The notes beneath the pieces are model-generated. The model had not been told where the DNA came from. It was given only the letters and a program-made list of their open reading frames with translations, and ran no database searches. 64,000 bases of DNA from Acidimicrobiales bacterium (GTDB lineage: Bacteria > Actinomycetota > Acidimicrobiia > Acidimicrobiales > SZUA-35), in the NCBI GenBank assembly GCA_024638815.1, contig JAHEJM010000003.1, forward strand, positions 39,887-103,886, in the 5' to 3' direction. Below, piece after piece: positions 1 through 8,314 of this stretch. Position 1 is the stretch's first letter. The number at the start of each line of letters is the position of its first letter. Both the position numbers and the translations under genes were made by a program.

Positions 1-501
1 TGACAATCGCAGGCGACGACGGCCCCTGGACATCAGGCGACCACCGGAGCCGGTGTAGATGGCATCGCTGTGCCTGCGATAGGCCGACATCACCACGTCG
101 GCCGGGTTGATGCCGGTGGCCTCCACGGCGTCGGAGACCGGAATGGGCACCGACAGCTCTCGACGGGTGCGTTGCCCGCCCGTCGCCTCGGGACGGGGCC
201 GCCGGCCACGACGTGACGTCGATTCGGCCGAGTCCGATGGGGGGGAGTGATCGGTCGGCGAGTCGGCGTCGTTGCGGCCCTGGCGGCCAAACCCGTTCCT
301 CGACTCGTCGCCGGGGGCGTCACCAGCGCGCTCGGTATCGGCGTGCGATCGGTCGACGTCCCCACCCCGGTCGTCATCTCGAGCCGATTCCTCCCGGTCG
401 CGGCCACGATCGACGGCTGGTCGACCCTTGCTTCCCTTGAAGTCCGAGGGATCGGCGATGGAGTTGAGGCCTCGGGCCCGGCCCAGTGTCGGCTTGCTCA
501 T
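1..501 (-). CDS. Partial CDS (C-terminal part lies beyond the window edge): hypothetical partner of the ParA-like ATPase. Basic N-terminus, acidic low-complexity linker, possible ribbon-helix-helix-like segment
   Basis: Hand translation of the minus strand. The ATG at 501-499 overlaps the TGA (500-498) of the ParA-like gene (ATGA coupling). The frame stays open for all 167 codons down to position 1: MSKPTLGRARGLNSIADPSDFKGSKG...RRELSVPIPVSDAVEATGINPADVVMSAYRRH... It is absent from the ORF track because it has no stop in the window. Confidence 0.45.
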   Translation of the reverse strand, partial: MSKPTLGRARGLNSIADPSDFKGSKGRPAVDRGRDREESARDDDRGGDVDRSHADTERAGDAPGDESRNGFGRQGRNDADSPTDHSPPSDSAESTSRRGRRPRPEATGGQRTRRELSVPIPVSDAVEATGINPADVVMSAYRRHSDAIYTGSGGRLMSRGRRRLRLS

Positions 502-1367
502 CGGCCACCGGCCAGAAGCTGCTCGGCCAGGGCGATGCGATCATCGACCTCGTCGGCCAGTTCGTAGAACTCACGGGCCAGATCCCGCAGATTGGCCGGA
601 ATCTTGACCTTGCCCCGGATTTGCTGTGTCACCGAGACGGTGGACGCCCATTGGGCGTACTCGTGGAGGAACAATCCGGCCTTGCGGCTGTCGTCGTAGG
701 CCGAACCGGCCTCGCGAATGATGGTGTGGAACGGATCGGCCACGCCGGCCAGGATCTCGGCAACCTCCTGGCGGGTTTCGGCCCGTTTGCGGGGTGCGGC
801 GGCGCTGATCTTCATCATCACCACACCGAGCAGCAGGATGTTGGAGTCCAGTTCCTCCAGCTCACCGGCCAGGACCCGAAGGCCCTCGATGTTGTCGACC
901 CCGCTGCTGGTGGGCACCAGCAGGTACTTGCTCGTCTGCATGGCCATGTCGGCCAGACGGGATGAACCCGAGGGAGGGAGATCGAAGACCAGCCGGTCGA
1001 ATCGGCCACTGGCCATCAGTTTCTCGAACGGAAGTGCGAAAGAGTCGGCCGGATCCCCGGCGGTGACCAAATGGTTGGAGAGGGTCTTGGTGTGGCGGCC
1101 GGCAACCACGACGTCGAGGTAATCTCGGGCCTTCACCGTGACCAGTTCGTCGCCGTACATGATGGCGTCCATCAGATGACGTCCCTCGCCGTGCTGGGCG
1201 GGATCCAGACCAACCACCTTGGAGGCCGAGGCCTGCATGTCGAGGTCGGCCAGCAGCACTCGCTTGCCCTCGGAGGCCCAGATACCCGACAGCTGGGTGG
1301 CCAGTGTCGTCTTGCAGCTCCCACCCTTGCCGATGCCGACGACCACCGAATCCGCAATGGTTCGCAT
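498..1367 (-). CDS. ParA/MinD-family partition-type ATPase (orphan, not Soj-like)
   Basis: 289-aa ORF with deviant Walker A GIGKGGSCKTTLATQL, then LLADLDMQAS and VFDLPPS motifs typical of ParA-like ATPases. Confidence 0.85.
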   Translation of the reverse strand: MRTIADSVVVGIGKGGSCKTTLATQLSGIWASEGKRVLLADLDMQASASKVVGLDPAQHGEGRHLMDAIMYGDELVTVKARDYLDVVVAGRHTKTLSNHLVTAGDPADSFALPFEKLMASGRFDRLVFDLPPSGSSRLADMAMQTSKYLLVPTSSGVDNIEGLRVLAGELEELDSNILLLGVVMMKISAAAPRKRAETRQEVAEILAGVADPFHTIIREAGSAYDDSRKAGLFLHEYAQWASTVSVTQQIRGKVKIPANLRDLAREFYELADEVDDRIALAEQLLAGGR

Positions 1368-1420
1368 GCGATCACCCTTTCCCCGATCGAATCCCGACGC
1401 ATTGGTGGACCGATCCTAGC

Positions 1421-1500
1421 GGGAAATGGGGTTAGCTACGGGATAAACCGGGCATTTGTGCCGACAGAACGGGTACCAATGGGTATGAATTGGGTTACCA
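1421..1500. promoter_or_regulatory. Array of seven GGG(W)(W)A-type boxes phased every 10-11 bp upstream of the ParA-like gene. Candidate centromere or operator iterons
   Basis: GGG runs start at 1421, 1428, 1440, 1450, 1471, 1481 and 1492 (GGGAAA, GGGGTTA, GGGATA, GGGCAT, GGGTAC, GGGTAT, GGGTTA). Local GC drops. The array lies in the 216-bp gap between the divergent parA-like and yggT genes. Confidence 0.3.
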
Positions 1501-1583
1501 GTCGGAGTCAGGGGTGTGGACGGTGGCCCATCGGTGCCACCTTCAGGGGCGGGTTGGCGGTGGCGCTCGGTTAGTCTGAGACC

Positions 1584-1838
1584 ATGGCGACGGTTCTCAT
1601 CAATGCCCTGCGACTGATCTCCATTGTCTTCATCATGCGGGCGCTGGTCAGCTGGGTGCGGGTCGGCCATGACTCGCCGTTCCGGCCCATCGTCGACGGG
1701 CTGTATTCGGTGACCGAACCGGTCTTGGCGCCCATGCGCCGCGTCCTGCCCCCGCTCGGTGGGCTCGATCTTTCCGTACTGTTGGTGATCATCGGCATCA
1801 ACTACGTCATCATCCCCATCATCGCCCGCACCCTCTAG
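1584..1838 (+). CDS. yggT: YggT-family small integral membrane protein
   Basis: 84 aa with two hydrophobic segments. IFIMRALVSWV...PIVDGLYSVTEPVLAPMRRVLPPLGGLDLSVLLV matches the YggT repeat pattern. Confidence 0.8.
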   Translation: MATVLINALRLISIVFIMRALVSWVRVGHDSPFRPIVDGLYSVTEPVLAPMRRVLPPLGGLDLSVLLVIIGINYVIIPIIARTL

Positions 1839-1884
1839 GTGGGGTGGGACGACTTGCAGCGACGGTTTCATCAGCGCCGGTCCG

Positions 1885-2247
1885 ACCGTCTCAGTCCACG
1901 CCGAACTCGAGTACTCGATCGTCGATTCGGCGTCGCTGGCCTTTGCCGTGGCCCAGACCTCCGGCCAGCACATCCTGACCGAGACTGTGGTCATCGAGCC
2001 GACCGTCGCAGTCTCGGAGAGCACCTATGGCGAGGATGCCAACCCCCGACTGCTCCGCTTGAATGCACCGGATGGTCTGCTCCGGCTCCGCTATGACGCC
2101 ACGGTGGCCATCATTCCCTGCTCGGACGACCCGGACGAGTTGATCGAGGTCGACTTCGGCGACCTGCCGGCCACCGTCCTGCCCTAGTTGAACCCCAGCC
2201 GCTACTGCCAGTCCGACCTGCTTTCTGGAGTGGACGGTGGTAGTTGA
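1885..2247 (+). pseudogene. Truncated transglutaminase-like (Bact_transglu_N-type) gene remnant with an in-frame TAG
   Basis: Frame 1 reads ...VSVHAELEYSIVDSASLAFAVAQTSGQHILTETVVIEP...LLRLRYDATVAI...DFGDLPATVLP-TAG(2185-2187)-LNPSRYCQSDLL, then TGA at 2245. No plausible start codon. Only about 115 of the expected ~280 codons remain. PSRYCxSD is a motif I recall from transglutaminase-like cysteine protease families. Confidence 0.55.
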
Positions 2248-2463
2248 GGTTGATCCGCAGGGTCGATTCCACTCTGTGACGTTGAACAAGGATGGTGAGA
2301 CGATTCTCGAAATACGGGCGTTGGGTCGAATACCAGAATCGCTGGTGCGGAGTCTGTGAGAAAAGGCGCCCCGCTTCCGTAGCTTCAGGTTCTTCGACCC
2401 CTGATGTGTGCGGGACCCGAGTTTGGTGGGGGCAAGACATCTCGACGTCGGTGATGGTCGAGC

Positions 2464-4242
2464 TCAGACCAAACGGCCCCGGTCGAGGGTGAGTACCTGG
2501 TCGGCTCGCTCCAGCGCCACCCGGCGATGCGAGACCGCCAGCACGGTGACTCCTTCGGCGGCCAGGTTGGTCCACAGTTCGATCTCCGTTTCCACGTCGA
2601 GGGCGCTGGACAAGTCGTCCATCACCAGCAGTTCGGGGTTTTGCACCAGGGCCCGGGCCGCCGCCACCCGCTGACGTTGACCGCCCGACAGGCGTAGACC
2701 CCGGGGGCCGATCATGGTTTCGGCCCGGTCCGGCATTTCGGCGATGTCGGTTTCAACCGCGGCCAGGCGTAGGGCGCGGGCCACGTCGTCGTCCTGGGCC
2801 GTACCACCGAGGCGGATGTTGTCAGCCACCGAATCCGACAGCAACTGGGGCACCTGGGACAGGAAGGCGGCCTGGGGCGGCACCAGGAAGGCGGCCCGGT
2901 CCTCGATGACCTCGCCGTTCCAGCGAACGGTGCCGGTTACCTCGGCCTGCCAGGCCAGTCCGAGGATGGCCCGCAGCAGGGTGCTCTTGCCGGCCCCGAC
3001 CGGACCGGTGACCACGGTGATCGACCCCCGGGCCATCCGGAACGAGATGTCACGGATGCCGGCCCGGCCGTCCGCCCCCTGGTCGTCACCGTGCCCGTTG
3101 CCCGATGGTGTGGGGTAGCGGGCGGTGAGCGATTCGACGGTCAACTCCTGTAGAGGGATGCGCTCGGCGTCGAGCCGGGCCGGGGTCGGGCGGTCGAGCC
3201 CGATGGGCAGGTGGCGCTGGCGGGCCACCCGGGCTGCCGAGTGCCCGGCCACCAGCCGGCGCATGCCGTCGAAGGCCACCATGGCCTGCTTGTGGCGGGC
3301 GATGGTTCGGCCGATCATGCGGGGCAGGAACCCCAGCCAGACCAGATAGGCGGCGAACAGTACCAGCTCGCCGGGGGTGAACGAGCCGGCAACGATGGCT
3401 CCCGCCCCTACCATCAGCACCAGGCCCAATCCGATGTCGGCCGTGCCGTTGCTGAACTCGTACAACCCCTCGTTGAGCAGCCGGTCCTTCACTGCGGTTC
3501 GTCGTCGCTCGTCCACCAGCTCCTTCAGCCGGGCCAGCGATGAATCGGTGGCGTTGTTGACCTTGACCGTGGTGGCCGCCGACAGGATGTCGCCCAGCAG
3601 ACCGGTGACCTCGGCCGTGGCCTGGCGGTCGGCCCTCCGGTACTGCTTGATCCTGGTGTCGAGCACCATGGTCACCAGCGCCACCGCCACCATGGGGACC
3701 AGCACCACCAGGGTGGCCGGCAGGTCGATGGTGGCCATGATGCTGAGGGCGATGGTGGTGTAGACAATGGCCCCGCTGACATCCAGCCAGGAGTCGACGA
3801 AGATGGCCACGTCGTGGGGATCGTCGCGAAAGTGGGTGACGGCGGCTCCGGCCGAGCCCACCGGCTGGCCCGCTTCCGGCCCGCCGCTGGCCACCTGGGC
3901 TGCCAGCATGTTGCCCTGCATGAGCGAACTCATGAGGGTCCACGACTTGGTGAAGGCCACCGCTCCGACCTGGAGCACGGCCAGCCGGAAGACCTCGGCC
4001 AGCCACATGAAACCGGCCATCCAGTAGAGACGGCTGGTGTCGTTGTCGGTCAGGGCGTCGAAGGCCTGGCCCACGAACCAGCCGACGGCGGCCGGGGCGG
4101 CGAAGAACAGGATGAACATGGCATAGCCCAACCAGAACTCCCGCTTTCGCTCCTGACTGATCTCCCATGCCAGGGACCAGATGCCGCGCCGGCGGTAGTG
4201 GTCGGTGTCGTCGATGTCCGGTTTCCCGTCCAGGGTTCTCAT
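2464..4242 (-). CDS. ABC exporter, fused permease/ATP-binding subunit (type I, MdlB/MsbA-like), second half of a heterodimer
   Basis: TM domain followed by an NBD with Walker A GPVGAGKST, signature LSGGQRQR and Walker B LLVMDD. The preferred start is ATG 4242, preceded by AAGGAGG, 5 nt after the upstream gene stop. The longer ORF-track start (4374) overlaps the neighbouring gene. Confidence 0.85.
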   Translation of the reverse strand: MRTLDGKPDIDDTDHYRRRGIWSLAWEISQERKREFWLGYAMFILFFAAPAAVGWFVGQAFDALTDNDTSRLYWMAGFMWLAEVFRLAVLQVGAVAFTKSWTLMSSLMQGNMLAAQVASGGPEAGQPVGSAGAAVTHFRDDPHDVAIFVDSWLDVSGAIVYTTIALSIMATIDLPATLVVLVPMVAVALVTMVLDTRIKQYRRADRQATAEVTGLLGDILSAATTVKVNNATDSSLARLKELVDERRRTAVKDRLLNEGLYEFSNGTADIGLGLVLMVGAGAIVAGSFTPGELVLFAAYLVWLGFLPRMIGRTIARHKQAMVAFDGMRRLVAGHSAARVARQRHLPIGLDRPTPARLDAERIPLQELTVESLTARYPTPSGNGHGDDQGADGRAGIRDISFRMARGSITVVTGPVGAGKSTLLRAILGLAWQAEVTGTVRWNGEVIEDRAAFLVPPQAAFLSQVPQLLSDSVADNIRLGGTAQDDDVARALRLAAVETDIAEMPDRAETMIGPRGLRLSGGQRQRVAAARALVQNPELLVMDDLSSALDVETEIELWTNLAAEGVTVLAVSHRRVALERADQVLTLDRGRLV

Positions 4243-4246
4243 GTCC

Positions 4247-6037
4247 TCACCTCCTTTGGTTCCCGGTCTCGGCGACATCGGCCGGTGCAGCCATCTCCTC
4301 GACGTCCTCCAGTGCCAGGTCCAGCAGCCGGCGGTAGCGGCCGGTGGTGTCGGCCTCCAGGTCGTGGCGATCACCGTGCTCCACGATGCGGCCGTAGTCC
4401 ATGACCACGATCTCGTCCATGTCCCGCAGGGTCGACAATCGATGGGCGATCACCACCGCGGTGCGTCCGGCCAGCAGCTCGACCATGGCCGCCTCGAGCC
4501 GCTGCTCGGTCTCGGGGTCGATGCGGGCCGTGGCCTCGTCCAGCACCACCAGGTCGGGCCGGCGGAGCCAGACCCGGGCCATGGCCAGCAGCTGGGCCTC
4601 GCCGGCCGACAGCCCCGACCCGGCGGCACCCAGGGTTTGATGGATGCCGGCATCGGCCAGGTGGCCGAGACCGACCCGGCGAATGGCGGCCTCCACCTCG
4701 TCGTCGGTCGGGGCCGGATTGAACATGGTCACGTTGTCCCGAATCGAGCCGTGGACAAGCTGGACCTCCTGGGGGATGAGGGCCACCCGCCGGCGCAGCT
4801 CGCCCATCGGGATGTCACCGATGGGCACAGCGCCCAGGCTCACCGTGCCCGATGACGCTTCGACCAGGCGCAGGATGACCCTCGACAACGTGCTCTTGCC
4901 GCTGCCGGTTCGACCGACCACACCCAGCGATCGGCCGGCGGCCAGGTGGAGGTCGACGTCGATCAGCACCGGGTCGTCGTCGCCATAGTCGAAATCGACG
5001 TGGTCGAAGTCGACGGCCAGAGGTCCCGGTGGGGGAGAGGTGGCCCGATCGGTCCCGGCGGCGTCGATGATGGTGGGCCTGACCGCCCGCAGCTTGGCCA
5101 CCCGGACCATGGCCCCGCTGGCCTTCTGGATCAACTCGAACCGGTCGATGATGGCCTCCAGCGGGCTGCGGATCTGCTGGGTGTACTGGAAGAGCACGAA
5201 GGCGGTACCCAGGGTGATGGCGTCGGCCGACACCAGCCAGCCGCCCAGTATCAGGGCCAGGGCAGCGCCCGTGACCACCGACCCCTGAAGTCCCCACCAC
5301 AACCGGAGGAAGGCCTTTTCCTCGATCAGCCTGGTGTCGTAGTTGAAGGTGGCGTCGTCAACGAACCGGGCCATGGCGTGGGCGCCGGCTCCGCTCGAGC
5401 GCAGGTCCTCGGCCGCCGTCAGCCGCTCCTCGATGCCACCGTACAGCCGGGCCCGGGCGCTCATGGTGTCCTCGGCTTCGCCCACCGCCTGTCGCCGCAT
5501 CCACACCATCACGATCACGCAGGCCAGCACGAACAGGCCGAGCCCGGCGCCCAACCGCCAGTCGAAAGCGGCCAGAATGACAAGGGTCCCGGCGATGGTG
5601 AGTGCCGCCCCGCCGAAGGCGGCCACCACCTGGCCCAGGAAGTCGGACACGGAGGTGACATCACCGTCGATGCGCTGGATCAGCTCGCCGGGGGTGTGGG
5701 TGCGATGGAACTCGTGGTCCAGGCCGAGGACGTGGTCGGTCATGTCGAGTCGTAGCTGGTTGGCGGTTCGCCACGCCAGCACGGTGGCATAGCCCGAGGC
5801 CGCCACCGCCGTCACCTGCCCGACCACGGCCACTGCGATGAGGGCCAAGCCCAGCTGAACGATGTCGGAGGCCGGCGCCCCCTCGAGTGCCAGGTCGACG
5901 GCCCGGCCGACCAGGAGTGGACCGACCAGTGGCAGCAGTGACCGTAGGGTCACGGCGAGCGCGAGGAGCAGGTACCGCCCCCGATTGGGGCGGACCAGAT
6001 CAATCAGAGCGCGCCAGGGATCGGAGGCCGACGACAT
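4247..6037 (-). CDS. ABC exporter, fused permease/ATP-binding subunit (type I), first half of a heterodimer
   Basis: 596 aa. Six-TM region, then Walker A GRTGSGKST, signature LSAGEAQL and Walker B LVVLDEAT. Confidence 0.85.
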   Translation of the reverse strand: MSSASDPWRALIDLVRPNRGRYLLLALAVTLRSLLPLVGPLLVGRAVDLALEGAPASDIVQLGLALIAVAVVGQVTAVAASGYATVLAWRTANQLRLDMTDHVLGLDHEFHRTHTPGELIQRIDGDVTSVSDFLGQVVAAFGGAALTIAGTLVILAAFDWRLGAGLGLFVLACVIVMVWMRRQAVGEAEDTMSARARLYGGIEERLTAAEDLRSSGAGAHAMARFVDDATFNYDTRLIEEKAFLRLWWGLQGSVVTGAALALILGGWLVSADAITLGTAFVLFQYTQQIRSPLEAIIDRFELIQKASGAMVRVAKLRAVRPTIIDAAGTDRATSPPPGPLAVDFDHVDFDYGDDDPVLIDVDLHLAAGRSLGVVGRTGSGKSTLSRVILRLVEASSGTVSLGAVPIGDIPMGELRRRVALIPQEVQLVHGSIRDNVTMFNPAPTDDEVEAAIRRVGLGHLADAGIHQTLGAAGSGLSAGEAQLLAMARVWLRRPDLVVLDEATARIDPETEQRLEAAMVELLAGRTAVVIAHRLSTLRDMDEIVVMDYGRIVEHGDRHDLEADTTGRYRRLLDLALEDVEEMAAPADVAETGNQRR

Positions 6038-6149
6038 AGGTCCATGCTCCCATCTTCGGCCCGATGTGTGCCGGGAATTTCCGCTCGTTGTTGTATTATC
6101 CTCCCTACTTTAAGTGATACTTACGCTTGTATTGAGAACTGGCGTACGC

Positions 6150-6446
6150 TACGGATGGGACCACTGTGACCGGCCTATGACCGCCGCACCCGCACGCGGG
6201 TGCTAACCAAGTTCGGCGACGCCGAACTTGCGGTGCCAACTCCACCACATCCACGAATGGAAGGCTGGGGGCCGGACCGATCTTCATGACATGGTGCCAT
6301 TGTGTAGCCATCACCATCACTTGGTGCACGAAGGCGGCTGCATGATCCGACTTCTAGAGGACCGTCGGCTGGAGATCCACAGACCCGACGGGCAACTCCA
6401 CACCATCACAGCCACCCCGTCCAGAACGGTGGTGCAACGTGAATAG
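6150..6446 (+). pseudogene. 3' remnant of a DUF222/HNH endonuclease gene (paralogue of 37150-38457)
   Basis: The nucleotide sequence aligns by eye with 38216-38457 (GGGACCACTGTGACCGGCC...CAACGTGA[A/G]TAG). The residual ORF reads CQLHHIHEWKAGGRTDLHDMVPLCSHHHHLVHEGG, against CQLHHIHHWENGGRTDLCQMVPLCGHHHHLVHEGG in the intact copy. The 5' ~1 kb is missing, and a ~52-nt insertion breaks the frame. Confidence 0.8.
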
Positions 6447-6590
6447 CCGGCAGGTGAATGACGGAACAAAGTTCGATCGGCATCATCCCGGGACATTCGA
6501 CCCTGCCCCCATGGTGCGCCCGGACCTACGATTCGGTTGGCATGGGCCACAGGCCATGACAGTGCACGTACGCATCGACTCGGAGTGTGA

Positions 6591-7190
6591 GTGTTGAGCG
6601 CAGAACGCAAGTACGGGACTCACTTGGAGCTGTTCTGGATTCCGCTCGGGGCCGGGACTCCGGTTGTCCAGGTGAGCGGGTGGATCTACGAATTCCTCTA
6701 CGCCACCCGGCACCGGCGGGACCGTTGCCATCTCTACCACGTCGCCTTGATCGCGACGCTCGACGGTGAATCGACGGTCATCGAGGTTGCCCCCGTCCCC
6801 GATGATGACGGGTGCAACGCCAGGGGAGTGGTGGGGATGGGCGCGGTCGGCAGCAAGTGGCTGTTCCCGATTCGTGTCTTCCGCTACGAGGTCCGACGCT
6901 GGTCCAATGGGGTCATTCCCGATCTGAGCGCCGCCGTGGACAGTCCGGTGCGCCTGACCGACGATGTCGAGTTGATTCAGGACGCTCTGCAGTGGGTTGA
7001 GCGGGTGCCGATACCAGTCTGGGGTCGGGACGAGTTGGGAACGGGCGACATGTGGAACTCGAACTCGGTTGTCTCATGGACACTGAGTCGAGCCGGACTG
7101 GTCACCTCCGATCTTGGTCCACCACCTGGTGGTCGGGCCCCGGGGTGGGACGCCGGCCTCGAAGTGGCCCAAAGACCCCTCGGTGTCTGA
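6591..7190 (+). CDS. Conserved hypothetical soluble protein (no family recognised)
   Basis: 199-aa ORF with coding-like composition and no TM segments. Motifs: LELFWIPLGAG, LYHVALIA, FRYEVRRW, WGRDELGTGDMWNSNS. It sits directly upstream of two ABC-2 pairs on the same strand. Confidence 0.6.
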   Translation: MLSAERKYGTHLELFWIPLGAGTPVVQVSGWIYEFLYATRHRRDRCHLYHVALIATLDGESTVIEVAPVPDDDGCNARGVVGMGAVGSKWLFPIRVFRYEVRRWSNGVIPDLSAAVDSPVRLTDDVELIQDALQWVERVPIPVWGRDELGTGDMWNSNSVVSWTLSRAGLVTSDLGPPPGGRAPGWDAGLEVAQRPLGV

Positions 7191-7255
7191 ACCCTCCCCG
7201 ACGGGGCTCCGGGTCCGTGCGGACACCGACAAGGTCACGTGCTAGCGTCGCCTCC

Positions 7256-8314
7256 GTGGTGGCAATTCTGGAGGCGGTCGATCTCCGCAAGACGTATCGC
7301 AAGTTCCGGGCCGACGATGTGGTTGCTCTGCGCGGCCTGAACCTGAGTATCGGCTCACCGGGGGCGGTGCACGGCTTCCTCGGCCCCAACGGGTCGGGCA
7401 AGACGACGGCCATCCGATGCCTGCTGGGTTTGATCCGACCGACGGGGGGCGATGTACGGCTGTTCGGGGTCGACTCGACGACTGCGCTCCACCAGGTGGT
7501 GGACCGGGTCGGGGCGATCGTCGAGAACCCGAAGATGTTCCCCAACTTCTCCGGTCGCCGCAATCTCAGCCTGCTGGCCAAGGCCAAGGGTCTACCGTCG
7601 GGTTCGGTGGATCGGGTGTTGGAGACCGTGGGCCTGGCCGACCGGAGCGACGACAGCTTTGCCGGCTACTCCCTGGGCATGAAACAGCGCCTGGCCATCG
7701 CCGCCGCCCTGCTCAAGGATCCCGAACTTCTCATCCTGGACGAACCGGCCAACGGGCTCGACCCGGCCGGAATCGCCGAGATCCGCACCCTGATCCGCCA
7801 CCTGTCGGCGGAGGGCAAGACCGTCCTGGTGTCCAGCCATCAGCTGTCCGAGATCGAGCAGGTCTGCACCGAGGCCACCATCATCGCCAACGGCGCCGTG
7901 GTCGAATCCGGTTCGCTCGATGACATCCGGGCCAAGCACGGCACCCCGGCGGTGATCGTCACCATCGACGATGTGTCGGCCGCGGCCCGAACCCTGACGG
8001 AGGCCGGCCTGACCGTCAGTCAGCGTGGCAACCATCGTGAGCTGTCGGTCGAGATCCCGGCCCACCAGGCGGCCGAGGTGAACCGGCTGCTGGCCGATCG
8101 GGGCCTGTACCTGTCGGGACTGCGGTCCGATGCGGTCACCCTGGAGTCGGCCTTTTTCACACTGACCTCGGGTCAGCCGGCCGTTGCGCCCCCGCCCCCG
8201 CCACCGACGGCCCAGCCATCACCAGCCGCGGCGGCGACCGGTTCGCCCCCTGCTCCCGTGACGCCGCCGCCCCCGCCGGCGTCGGCTCCCGCCCCTCCCG
8301 AGGTGCCGTCGTGA
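7256..8314 (+). CDS. ABC transporter ATP-binding protein (ABC-2/DrrA-like) with a proline-rich C-terminal tail
   Basis: Walker A GPNGSGKTT, signature YSLGMKQRL, Walker B LLILDEP. The likely start is GTG 7256/7259 (VVAILEAVDLRKTY). The ORF-track start at 7052 is an Arg/Pro-rich extension. The tail reads PPPPPPTAQPSPAAAATGSPPAPVTPPPPPASAPAPP. Confidence 0.85.
   Translation: MVAILEAVDLRKTYRKFRADDVVALRGLNLSIGSPGAVHGFLGPNGSGKTTAIRCLLGLIRPTGGDVRLFGVDSTTALHQVVDRVGAIVENPKMFPNFSGRRNLSLLAKAKGLPSGSVDRVLETVGLADRSDDSFAGYSLGMKQRLAIAAALLKDPELLILDEPANGLDPAGIAEIRTLIRHLSAEGKTVLVSSHQLSEIEQVCTEATIIANGAVVESGSLDDIRAKHGTPAVIVTIDDVSAAARTLTEAGLTVSQRGNHRELSVEIPAHQAAEVNRLLADRGLYLSGLRSDAVTLESAFFTLTSGQPAVAPPPPPPTAQPSPAAAATGSPPAPVTPPPPPASAPAPPEVPS

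Noticed and set aside
1-501. The ORF downstream of the ParA-like gene, considered as a canonical ParB/Spo0J.
   Set aside because: There is no ParB-box (GxxRxxA), no HTH region and no typical GLGRGL N-terminal motif within the 167 visible codons. It is therefore described only as a non-ParB partner.
7052-7255. Upstream extension of the first ABC-2 ATPase ORF, which overlaps the 3' end of the hypothetical gene at 6591-7190.
   Set aside because: The extension is Arg/Pro/Ser-rich with no ABC homology. The conserved ATPase N-terminus (ILEAVDLRKTY) begins right after GTG 7256/7259.
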